Shown here piece after piece: positions 35,601 through 47,600 of a stretch of 64,000 bases of DNA. The notes under the pieces are model-generated. The model saw nothing but the letters and a program-made list of their open reading frames with translations, was not told the DNA's origin and made no database searches. The stretch comes from Candidatus Marinacidobacterium sp. (GTDB lineage: Bacteria; Acidobacteriota; Vicinamibacteria; Marinacidobacterales; Marinacidobacteraceae): NCBI GenBank assembly GCA_965204755.1, contig OZ242011.1:864001-928000 (forward strand). The letters are read 5' to 3'. The stretch's first letter is position 1; every line of letters begins with the position of its first letter. A program made the position numbers and the translations under genes.

Positions 35601-38600
35601 GATCGCGTGCCGGCCGAGGCCCAGCGCGGCGGGGTGGGCGAGGGCCGAGCGGTCCACGATGTTCCCGCCGTTCAGCGAGAGCGCCGAGGCGCCGATGCTG
35701 ATCCCGTCCGGGTCGGAGTCGGGGGCGGCCACGGTGTAGCGGAAGACCAGCGAAGCCGTCCCGCTGCCGGAGGCGTAGCCGGCGTGGCGGGTCCCGGCGC
35801 CGATCTCGAGCGCCAGGCGCGGCGCGCGGAGGACCGCCACCGGCTCGCTGAACTCCACGGTTACCTCGATCGCGTCCCCGGCGATGAAGACGCCCTGCGG
35901 GCCGCTGGCCGCCCCGCCGACGGTTACGGCGACGACCGACGGGGCGACCACATCCACGCCGTCCCCGTCCACCGTGAAGTCGGGGTCGTCGTCGAGCCGG
36001 CGGGTTCCGAGGCCGAGCGCCGCGTCGTTCCCCGCGTCGTCCCGGATCGTCCCGCCGGCCAGCGAGAGCGCGCTGGCCGGGACGCTGACGCCGTCGGCGT
36101 CCTCGTCGGAGGCGGACACCGCGGCGCGGAAGACCAGCGAGCGGGTCCCGCTGCCGGAGGCGTAGGCCGCCGGCGACAGGAGGCCGACGAGCGCCAACTC
36201 CGGGGTCCCGGTAACCGTTACCGGCTCGTCGAAGTCCACGGTGGCCGCGATCTCGTCCCCGGCGAGGAAGTCGCCGCCCGGGCCCTGCCCGTCGCCGGAG
36301 AGCGCCACCCCGACGACCGTCGGCCCCACCTCGTCGGCGGCGGCCGCGTCCACCGGGAAGCCGGGGTCGTCGGTGATCGCGCGGGTTCCGAGGCCGAGCG
36401 CGGCGGCGTTCCCCGCGGCGTCCCGGATCGTCCCGCCGGCCAGCCCGAGCGCCGAGGCGGGGACCGAGACGCCGTTCGCGTCCGAGTCGCCGGAGGCCAC
36501 CGTGTAGCGGAAGACCAGCGAGCGCGTTTCGCTGCCGGAGACATACGCCGCCTGCCGGGTGGCCGCGCCGATCTCGAGCCCCACCCGCGGCGTCCCGGTA
36601 ACGATCACTTCCTCGCTGAAGGTGAGCGTCGCCCGGATCCCGTCGCCGGCGACGAAGACGCCGCCCGCGCCCTGCGGCGCCGGGGCGGCGGCGGAGAGGG
36701 CCACCCCGGTAACCGTCGGCGCGACCCGGTCCGCCAGGTTCCCGGCCACCGCGAAGCCCGCGGCGTCCGCCGCCGCGTGGGCGCCGAGGCCGAGCGCGGC
36801 GTCGTTGCCGGCGGCGTCCCGGATCGTCCCGCCGTTCAACCCGAGCGCCGAAGCCGGGACGGAGATCCCGTCGGGGTCGGAGTCCCCGGCGGCCACGGCG
36901 TAGCGGAAGACCAGCGAAGTCGTCTCGCTGCCGGAGTGGTAGTTCGCGCGGCGGGCGGCGCTCCCGATCCCGATCTCCAGTTGCGGGGTCCCGGTAACCG
37001 CCGCCGCTTCGTCGAAGGCGACCGTCGCCTCGATCACATCGCCGGCGAGGAAGACGCCGTCCGGGCCGCGCCCCTCCCCGGCCAGGGTCAGCCCGGTTAC
37101 CGCCGGCCCCCGCGCGTCGGCGGCGCCGCCGTTCACCCGGAAACCGGCCAGGGCCTGGTCCTCGTTGCCGAAGATCTGGGGCTGGTTGTTGGCGCGGTCC
37201 GTGAAATTGGCGCTGGAGACCCCGAGCCGAATCCGCCCGCCGGCATACCGGTCGGCCGACTGCACCACCTGGCGGAAGCGGAACAGGGCCGTGTCCGACC
37301 CGGAGAGGTACGGCGCCCGTCGGACGGGGCTGCCGCTGGTCGGCATTTGGATCTGGAGGTCCGGCCGGGCGATCGTCTTGCGGACCGGCTCGTCGAACCG
37401 GACTTCCCAGACGATCACATCGCCGGCGATGAAGACGCCGCCGGCGCCCGAGGGGATCCCGGTGGGAGTGACGAGGACCGCCTTCGGCCGGCGGGTGTCC
37501 CGGGCGCCGCCGTTCAGCCGGAAGTCCGGGTCGTTCCTCACCGCGTGCGCCCCGAGTTCGAGCGCCGCCGCGTTGTTCGCCAGGTCGCGGATCAGCCCGG
37601 CGTTCCGGGTCAGCGCCGAGGCGGCGACGGTGAGCCCGTCGCTGTCCCGGTCGGCGGCCCCCACGGTGTAGCGGAACCGCAGCGTCGGCGTCCCGCCGCC
37701 GGAGCGGTAGTCCGCCTGGCGGGTGCTCCAGCCCACGGTGAGCGCCAACTGCGGCGGCCCGCTGACCGTTACCGGCTCGCTGAAGGTGACCGCCACCTCG
37801 ATGGCCTCGCCGGCGCGGTAGAGGCCGGCCCCGGCCTGCGGCGCCGGCGGGACCCCGGCGAGTTCGAGCCGGGTGACCGTCGGGGCGGTCCCGTCCCGGG
37901 CGGTCCCGTCCACCTTCGGGCCGCCGTCCGGGAAGGCGTGGACGCCCAGGTCGAGCGAGGCGGCGTCGCCGCCGGCGTCCGCGATGGTCCCGCCGTTCAG
38001 CGTCAGCGCCGAGGCGCCGACGCCGATCCCGTCCGGGTCCCGGTCGTCCGCCGCCACGGTGTAGCGGAAGACCGGCGAAGCGGTCCCGCCGCCGGAGGAC
38101 TCGTAGTCCGCCTGCCGGGTGGCCGCGCCGATCGTCAGGGCCAACTGCGGCGTCCCGGTAACCGTTACCGCCGAGTCGAAGTCCACGGTCGCCTCGATCA
38201 CATCGCCGGCGAGGAGGACCCCGCCCGGCCCGCGCCCGGCCCCGGAGACGGTTACCCCGGTTACCGCCGGGGCGCGGCGGTCGGCGGCGGCGCCGTTCAC
38301 CCGGAAGTCGGCGTCGTTCGCCGCCGCGTGCGCCCCGAGCGAGAGCGCGGCGGCGTTCGGCGTCCCCACCAGCGCCCCCGAGATGTCCAGGATCGTCCCG
38401 CCGTTCAGCGCGAGCGCCGAAGCGCCGAAGCCGACCCCGTCCGCATCGAGGTCGCCGGCCGCCACCAGGTAGCGGAACGAGAGCGAGGAGGTCCCGCTGC
38501 CGGAGGCGTAGTCCGCCTGCCGGGTGGCCGCGCCGACGGCGAGGGCGACCTGCGGGACGCCGGTAACCGCCACCGGCTGGTCGAAGTCCACGGTTACCCC

Positions 38601-41600
38601 GAGGGCGTCGCCGGCGATGAAGACGCCGTTCGCGCCCTGCCCGGTCCCCGAGAGCGCCGCCCCGACCACCGCCGGCGCCACCGCGTCCGCCGCCGCCCCG
38701 TTCACCGGGAAGGCGGCGGCGTTCGCCACCGCGTGGGCCCCGAGGCCGAGCGCGGCGCCGCCGCCGGCGGCGTCCCGGATGGCGCCGCCGTTCAGGGTGA
38801 GCGCCGAGGCGCCGACGCCGATCCCGTCCGCGTCCGAGTCCCCGGCCGCCACCGCGTAGCGGAAGACCGCCGTGGTCGTCCCGCTGCCGGAGACATACCG
38901 GGCGTACCGGGTGGCGCTGCCGATGGTGAGCGCCGCGCGCGGGCGCCCGGCGACGGTTACCGGCTCGCTGAAGGCGACGGCGACCCGGATCACCTGGCCG
39001 GCGATGTAGGTCCCGCCGGCGCCCTGCGGCGCGCCGTCGGCGGAGAGGGTGAGGCCGGTTACCGAGGCTTCGGCGCTCACCGCGAAGGCGCCGTCGGCGG
39101 CGATCGCGTGGGCGCCGAGGCCGAGCGCGGCGGCGTTGCCCGAGGCGTCCCGGATGGTCCCGCCGTTCAGCGAGAGCGCCGAGGCCGGGACGCTCACGCC
39201 GTCCGGGTCGGAGTCCCCGCTCGCCACGGTGTAGCGGAAGACCAGCGAAGTCGTCCCGCCGCCGGAGACATACCGGGCGTGGCGGGTGGCGGCGCCGACG
39301 GCGAGGGCGACCACCGGGGTCCCGGTAACGGTCGCCTCCTCGTGGAAGTCCACGGTTACGGTGAGGAGGTCGCCGGCCCGGAAGACCCCGTCCCGGCCGC
39401 TCCCGGTCCCGGACAGCGCCGCGCCGGTGACCCGGGGCGCGGCCACATCCGAGCCGTCCCCGTCCACGGTGAACGGCGACGAAGAGAGGTTGCTGTCGAG
39501 GAAGAGGGAGGCGTTGCCGGCGCGGTCCTCGATGGCCGACAGGTGTATGCGGAGGCCCAGGTTCCCGCCGGAGTACTCGTCGCCCGCCGCCACTTCGTAG
39601 CGGTAGCGGAGCAGGGTCGAACCCGACCCCGAGGCGTAGGTCGCGGTCCTCTTGTTCGCCTCCGAGCGGGCGCCGAAGTACAGGTCGATGGTCGGCGTCC
39701 CCGTAACCGTCACCGGCTCCGTGAACCGGACCTCCCAGGTGATCACATCGCCGGCGATGAAGGCGCCGCCCGCGCCGGAGCCGGTCCCGGTCGGGGTTAC
39801 GGAAACGATCCCCGGCGGGGTCCCGTCGGCGGCGGCCGCGCCGTCCACCCGGGCGGCGGCGTGGTTCGCCACCGCCTGCGTCCCGAGGCCCGGCGTGGCG
39901 GCGCCGGTGGCCGGGTTCCGGATCGTCCCGCCGGCCAGGGTGAGCGCGGTCGCCGCGATGCCGATCCCGTCGGCGTCCCGGTCCGCCGCCGCCACGGTGT
40001 AGCGGAACGCCAGCGCGGTCGTCCCGCTGCCGGAGGCGTAGTCCGCCTGCCGGGTGGCCGCGCCGACGGTGAGGGCCAGTTGCGGGGTCCCGGTAACCGT
40101 CACCGCCTGGCTGAACTCGACCGTTACTTCGATCCGGTCGTTCTCCCGGAACACCCCGCCGGCGCCGGTGGGGCGGCCCCCGATCGCGAGGCCGGTGACC
40201 ATCGGCCGGACCGCCGGGGCGGCGCTCCCGTCCACCGCCGCGTCCCCGTCGCTGACCGCGTGGGCGCCGAGGTCGAGCGCGGCGGCGTTCTCGCCGTTCG
40301 CGGCGTCGGCGATCGTCCCGCCGTTCAGGGTCAGCGCCGAAGCCCCGATGCTGATCCCGTCGGCGTCCCGGTCGGCCCGCGCCACCCGGTAGCGGAAGGA
40401 GAGCGAAGCGGTCCCGCTGCCCGAGCGGTAGTCCGCCTGCCGGAGGGCGCTCCCGACCGCGATCCCGACCTGCGGGATCCCGGTAACGGTTACCGCTTCG
40501 CTGAACGCCACGGCCACCTCGATCCGGTCGCCGGCGACGAAGACCCCGTTCTCGCCCCGCGCCGCGCCGGAGACCGTTACCCCGGTTACGAAGGCCGGCG
40601 AGGCGTCGGCGCCGTCCCCGTCCACCGCGAAGCCGGCGGCGTCTTCGATCGCGTGGGCGCCGAGGGCCAGGGCCGCCGCGTTGGGCGCCGCCGCGCCGTC
40701 GGTGATCCTCCCGCCGTTCAGCGCGAGCGAGGAGACGGAGACCCCGTCGGGGTCGGAGTCGCCGGCGGCCACGGTGTAGCGGAAGACCAGCGAAGTCGTC
40801 CCGCTGCCGGAGGCGTAGGCCGCCGGCCGGGTGTGCGCCCCGACCGCGAGCGCCGCCTGCGGCATCCCGGTAACGGTTACCGCCTCGTCGAACGCGACGG
40901 TTACCTCGATCCGGTCGCCGGCGATGAAAGCGCCGTTCGCGCCCTGCCCGGTCCCGGAGAGCGCCGCGCCGACCACCGCCGGCGCGACCGCGTCGGCGGC
41001 GGCGGCGTCCACCGTCAGGTCGCCGTCGGTGATCGCGCGGGTTCCGAGGCCGAGCGCGGCGTCGTTCCCCGAAGCGTCCTCGATGTCCCCGCCGTTCAGC
41101 GTGAGCGCGGAGGCGCCGACGGAGATCCCGTCGGGGTCGGAGTCGCCGGCGGCCACGGTGTAGGCGAAGACCAGCGCGGAGGTCCCGCTGCCGGACGCGT
41201 AGTCCGCCTGCCGGGTGGCCGCGCCGATCCCGAGCGCCAGCCGGGGCGTCCCGGTAACGGTTACCGGCTCGTGGAACTCGACCGTCGCCTCGATCCGGTC
41301 GCCGACCCGGAAGTGCGCCGCGCCCTGGCGGCGGCCGCCGAGGGTCAGGCCGGTAACCGTCGGCCCCCGGGTGTCGGCGCCGTCGCCGTCCACCACCAGG
41401 TCGCCGTCGGTGACCGCGTGGTCGCCGAGGCCGAGCGCGGCGGCGTTCCCCGCGGCGTCGGCGATGGTCCCCTCGTTCAGCGAGAGCGCCGAAGCGGCCA
41501 CGCTGATCCCGTTCGCGTCGTCGTCGGCGGTTACCACGGTGTAGCGGAAGACCGCCGAAGCGGTCCCGCTGCCGGAGGCGTAGTCGGCCTGGCGGGTCTC

Positions 41601-44600
41601 CCCGCCCACCCCGAGCGCGAGGCGCGGCGTCCCGGTAACGGTTACCGGTTCGTCGAAGGTGACCGTCGCCTCGATCCCGTCGCCGGCGATGAAGACGCCG
41701 CCCGCCCCCGAGCCGGTCCCGGAGAGGGCGAAGCCGGAGACGGCGGGGGAGACCAGGTCGCCGGGAATGATGAAGTCCGGGTCGGCGGCGGGGGCGTGGC
41801 CTCGCAGGTAGATGGACCCGTCCCGGCCGGCGGCGTCCCTCAGCCGGCCGCCGTTCCGGTCGATCCAGTCCTCGACGCCGACCCCGTCGTCGTCGGCGTC
41901 GCCGACGGCCACGGTGTAACGGAAGGTGACCGAAGCCGTCCCGCTGCCGGAGGCGTAGTCCGCGAGGCGGCGCTCCCCGCCGATGCTGAGCCGCCCCCGG
42001 GGCGCGCCGGTAACCGTTACCGGCTCGTGCCAGGTAACGGTCAGCGAGATCACATCGCCGGGGAGGAAGACCCCGTTCGCGCCCGACCCGGTTCCCGAGA
42101 GCGAGGCCGCGAGCACCCTCGGCTCGACGCTGTCGGGCCAGGTCCCCCGCACCGGGTAGCCCCTCCTCGCGGTTCCCAGGCCGAGCGCCGCGGCGTTCCC
42201 GGAGGCGTCGACGATGCTCCCGCCGTTCAGGGTCAGCGCGGAAGCGCCGACGACGACGGCGGACGGAGCCTCGTGGCTCGCCTCCACGGTGTAGGCGAAG
42301 GAGAGCGAGTCGGTCCCGCTGCCCGAGGCATGGACCGCCTGCGCGGCGCCGCCCTGCAGGGTCACTTCCAGTTGCGGCGAGCCGGTGACGGTTACCGGTT
42401 CGTCGAACGCGACCGTGATGGTCATGACATCGCCGGCGATGAAGACCCGGCCGCCCCCGGAGTTGCCGATCCCGCTGAAGGAGACGCCGGTTACCGTCGG
42501 CCCGGCGACATCGGTGACGCTCCCGTCCACCACCGCCCCGCCGGCGGCGGCCGCGTGGGCGCCGAGGCCGATCTCCGCGGCGTTCCCGGAGGCGTCGGCG
42601 ATGCTCCCGCCGTTCAGCGAGAGCGCCGAGGCGCCGACGGCGAGCCCGTCCGGGTCGGCGTCGGCGGCGGCCACGGTGTAGCGGAAGACCGCCGAGGCGG
42701 TCCCGCTGCCGGAGGCGTAGTCCGCGTGGCGGGTGGCGCTCCCGATGACCAGCGCCACCCGCGGCGTCCCGGTAACCACCGCCGCTTCGTGGAACTCCAC
42801 GGTCACCTCGATGGCGTCCCCGGCGATGAAGACCCCGTTCGCGCCGCTGGCCGCGCCGCCGACCGTTACCCCGGTAACCGTCGGGCCGACCACATCGGCC
42901 GCCGACCCGTCCACCGGGAAGTCGGCGGGGTCGAGGATCTCGTGGGCCCCGAAGCCGAGCGCCGCCGCGTTGCCCGCGGCGTCCCGGATCGTCCCGCCGT
43001 TCAGCAGGAGCGCCGAGGCGCCGACGCTGACCCCGTTCCGGTCGCGGTCCCCGGAGACCGCGGCGTAGCGGAAGACCAGCGAAGCGGTCCCGCTGCCGGA
43101 GGCGTAGGCGGCGTACCGGGTCGCCGACCCCACCCACAGCGCCACGCTCGGCGGCCCGGCGACCGTAACCGGCTCGTCGAAGTCCACCCGGACCTCGATG
43201 GCGTCGCCGGCGATGAAGACGCCGTTCGCGCCGTTCCCCCGGCCGGCGAGCGCCACCCCGGTTACCGCCGGGCCGCGGGCGTCCGCGCCGGGCCCGTCCA
43301 CCCGGAAGCGGCGGTCGTCCACCACCTCGTGGGCGCCGAAGTCGACGACGGTGGAGGTGGAAGCGCCCCCGGGGGCGTTGCCGGCGGCGTCGAGGACGCT
43401 CCCGCCGTTCAGCCGGAGCGCGAATCTCTGGATGCTCGGCGTGGAAGTCCGGTCGCCGGCGACGACGGTGTAGGCGAACACCGCGAAGTCGGCGCCCGAC
43501 TCCGCCGCCGAGTACGGGGCGAGGCGGGTCGTCCCGAGGACCATTTGGAGGAACGGGGCGCCGGTAATCGTTACCGGCTCCGAGAACCGCACCCGCGCGC
43601 GGAGCACATCCCCGGCGATGAAGGCGCCCCCGGCGCCCTGGCCCCGCCCGAAGAAGGCCACCCCGGTAACCGTCGGCCGGGTGGTGTCGCGCCCGTCCCC
43701 GTCCACCCTGAAGTTCGCGTCGTCGGCGACCGCGTGGGCGCCGAGGTCCGGCGCCGCCGCATTCCCGGCGGCGTCGGCGATCGTCCCGCCGACCGGGGCC
43801 AGCGCCCCGTCGCCGACGGATATCCCGTCCGCGTCCTCGTCGGCCCGGCCGACCGTATAGCGGAAGACCAGCCGGCGGGGGCCGTCGCGCGCCCGGAAGA
43901 CCGCCGGCCGGGAGGCGCTGCCCACGGTGAGCGCCAGTTGCGGCGACCCGGTAACCGTTACCGCTTCGTCGAATTCCACCGTCGCCTCGATGAAGTCGTC
44001 GGCGAGGTAGGTCGTCCCGCCGGCGCCCCGCCCGGAACCGGAGAGGGTCAGGCCGGTAACCGCCGGCCCCCGGCGGTCCGCGCCGCCGCCGTCCACCCGG
44101 AGCCCGGCGAGTTCGTGGGTCCCGCCGGTCCGGCCGGCGGCGTTCCCGGCGGCGTCCTCGATCCGGTCGGCGGCGGTGAGCCACAGCGCGTCGGTGATCG
44201 CCCCGCCGGAGTAGCGGTCGGCGGCCTGCACGGCGTAGCGGAAGCGCAGGAGCGTCGAGCCCGAGCCGGAGAGGTAGGCCGCGGACCGCTCCGGGGCGCC
44301 GGAGGCGAAGTGGAACCGGTACTCCGGCGAGCCGGCGACCGTCGCCGCCTCGTCGAACCGGATCTCCCAGACGATCTCCTCGCCGGCGATGAGGGCGCCC
44401 CCCTCGCCCGACCCGGTCCCGACCGGGGTCTTCGAGGTCATGCCCGGGCCCCGGGTGTCCGCCGCCGCCCCGGCCACCCGGAAGTTCGCGTCGTTCGCCA
44501 CCGCGTTCGTCCCGAGGCCGAGGACCGCCGCGTTGCCGGCGGGGTCGGCGATCGACCCGCCGTTCAGCGAGAGCGCCGAGGCGCCGAGGGAGAGCCCGTC

Positions 44601-47600
44601 GGCGTCGGCGTCGGCGGAGGCCACCGCGTAGGTGAAGGTCAGCGAGCGCGAGCCGCCGCCGGCGGCGTAGTCCGCCTGCCGGGCGGCGCTGCCGACGGTG
44701 AGGGCCGCCTGCGGGGTCCCGGTTACCGAGACGGTCTCGCTGAACGCGACGGTTACCGTGATCCGCTGCCCTTGCCGGTAGGCCCGGTTCGCGCCGGAGC
44801 GGCCCTGCGGCGGGCCGCTGCCGGAGAGCGAGACCCCGGTAACCGTCGGCCGGATGGTGTCCGTCGCGCGCCCGTCCACCTCCGGGCCGCCGCTTTCGAG
44901 GGCGTGGGCGCCGAGGCCCAGCACGGCGGCGTTCCCGGCGGCGTTCCCGCCGGCGTTCCCGCCGGCGTTCCCGCCGACCCCGCCGGCGTTCCCGGCGACC
45001 CCGCCGCCGTTCCCGCCGACCCCGCCGGCGTTCCCGCCGGCCTCGACGATCGTCCCGCCGTTCAGCGCCAGCGCCGAGGGGCCGACCCGGATCCCGTCCG
45101 GGGCCCGGTCCCCCATCGCCACGGTGTAGCGGAAGACCAGCGAAGTCGTCCCGCTGCCGAGCGCGTAGGCCGCCTGGCGGGCGGCCGCCCCCATCTCCAG
45201 CGCCACCCGGGGCGCCCCGGTAACGGTTACCGCCCGGTCGAACTCCAGGGTCACTTCGATCACATCGTCCACCACGAAGACGCCGTTCGCGCCCCGCGCC
45301 TCGCCGCCGAGCGAGACGCCGACGATCCGGGGCCGGGCGGTCTCGTCGGCGGCGCCGCCGTCCACCGCCGGGCCGCCGGCGGTTACGGCGTGGCTGCCGA
45401 GGCCGAGCGCGGCGGGGTGGGCGGCGGCGGAGCGGTCGAGGATGGTCCCGCCGTTCAACCGGAGCGCCGAGGCGCCGAGGGTGATCCCGTCCGGGGCCCG
45501 GTCCCCGGCGGCGACGGTGTAGCGGAAGACCGGCGACCTCGTCCCGCCGCCGGCGGCGTAGTCCGCGTAGCGGGTGGCCGCGCCGATGGAGACCGCCGCC
45601 TGCGGGGTCCCGGTAACCGCCACCGGCTCGCTGAAGTCCACGGTTACCGAGAGGACATCGCCGGCGATGAGCGCGCCGCGCGCGCCGCGCCCCGCGCCGG
45701 AGAGCGTTACGCCGGTAACCGTCGGGGCGACCGCGTCGGCGGCGGCGCCGTCCACCCGGAAGCCGGCGGCGTTCGTTATGGCGTGGGCGCCGAGGCCCAG
45801 CGGCGCGGCGTTCCCCGCCGGGTCGGCGACGGACCCGCCGTTCCGCCGGAGCGCGGCGGGGACGACGGAGATGCCGTCCCGGTCCTCGTCGCCGGCGGCC
45901 ACCGTGTAGCGGAAGACCAGCGCGGTCGTCCCGCTGCCGGAGGCGTAGTCCGCGTAGCGGACGGCGGTCCCGATGGAGAGCGCCGCCTGCGGCGTCCCGG
46001 TAACCGTTACCGCTTCGGTGAAGGTGACTTCGGCTTCGATTTCGTCGCCGGCGATGAAGACGCCGCCCGCGCCCTGGGCGCTTCCCCGGAGGGCGAGGCC
46101 GGTAACCGTCGGGACGGCGGCGTCGGCGACCGAGCCGTCCACCCGGAAGGCGGCGGCGTCGGTTACCGCGTGGTCGCCGAGGTCGAGCAGGGCCGGGCGG
46201 CCCGAGCGGTCGGCGATCCGCCCGCCGTTCAGCGAGAGCGCCGAGGCGCCGACGGAGAGGCCGTCCGGGTCGGCGTCGCCGGCGGCCACGGCGTAGCGGA
46301 AGACCAGCGAAGAGGTCCCGCTGCCGGAGGCGAAGTCCGCCGGCCGGGCGGAGGACCCGATCCCGAGCGTCAACTGCGGGAGCCCGGTAACGGTTACCGG
46401 CCCGCTGAAGTCCACGGTCGCTTCGACGAGGTCGCCGGCGATGAGGAGGCCGCCGGCGCCCCGGGGCGCCGCCGCCGCCCGGAGGGCGAGCCCGGTTACC
46501 GCCGCCTCGGCCGCCCCCGGCCCGTCCACCACCGCCTCGCCGTCGGCGACGGCGTGGGGCCCGAGGTCGAGCGAAGCGGCGTTGCCGTCGGCGTCGCCGA
46601 TGCTCCCGCCGTTCAGCGCGAGGGCGTCGGCGGCGACGGAGACCCCGTCCGGGTCGGCGTCGGAGGCGGCGACGAGGTAGGCGAAGACCAGCGAGGAGGT
46701 CCCGCTGCCGGAGGCGTAGTTCGCGTGGCGGACGGCGCTCCCGATCCCGAGCGCCACCCGCGGCGTCCCGCCGACCGTTACCGGGCGGTTGAAGGCCACG
46801 GTTACCTCGAGCCGGTCGCCGGCGATGAAGACGCCGCTCCCGCCGCCGGCTTCGCCGCCGACGGTTACCCCGGCAACCGCTTCGGCCACCACATCCGCGG
46901 CCGCGCCGTTGACCACGATGCGTTCGAGGTCGTTGACCGTGGAGCCCAGGCCGAGAGTCGCGGCGTTGTTCGCGCCGTCCGCGATCGTCCCGCCGTTCAG
47001 GGAAATCGCGGTGGAATCGGCGGAGATCCCGTCCGCATCGGCGTCCGTCGCCGCCACGGTGTAGCGGAACACCAACGAATCCGTCGCGCTGCCGGAGACA
47101 TACGCCGCCTGGCGGAGGTCTTGGCCGATGGCGAGCGCGAACTGCGGCGTCCCGGTAACGACTACCGGTTCGCGGAACTCGACGGTTACCTCGATCTCGT
47201 CGCCGGCGACGAACACCCCGCCCGCGCCGTGCCCCCTTCCCGACAGCGAGACATCGACGGCGTCGGGGGCGCGGACATCGGCGCCCCCGCCGTTCACCTC
47301 CCGCCCCCTGGTGGTTCTCGGGGACCGGTTTCTGGCGTCGTTGCCGCCGGCGTCGCGGATGGAGGCGCCCGGCGGGAACACGAAGGCGGGGTTGACCACC
47401 CGAAGCGTGGCGATCGAGTCCGTCGGCTGCACCGTGTAGCGGAAGACCAGCGCGGTCGCGCCCGAACCCGAGTGGTAGTCCATGTTGACGAGGTTGGTGC
47501 GGAGTTGCGGCGTCCCGACGACCGTCACCGGCTCGTCGAAGGTGATCTCGAAAACGACCGCATCCCCGGCGATGAGAGACCCGTCCGCACCCTCGCCGGG

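Noticed and set aside
6804-44184. Arg-rich minus-strand ORFs (6804..10988, 22421..25402) and the Arg-rich N-terminal parts of 5645..18451 and 12169..44184
   Set aside because: These are an alternative-frame shadow produced by high GC3. Their apparent starts are not real gene starts.
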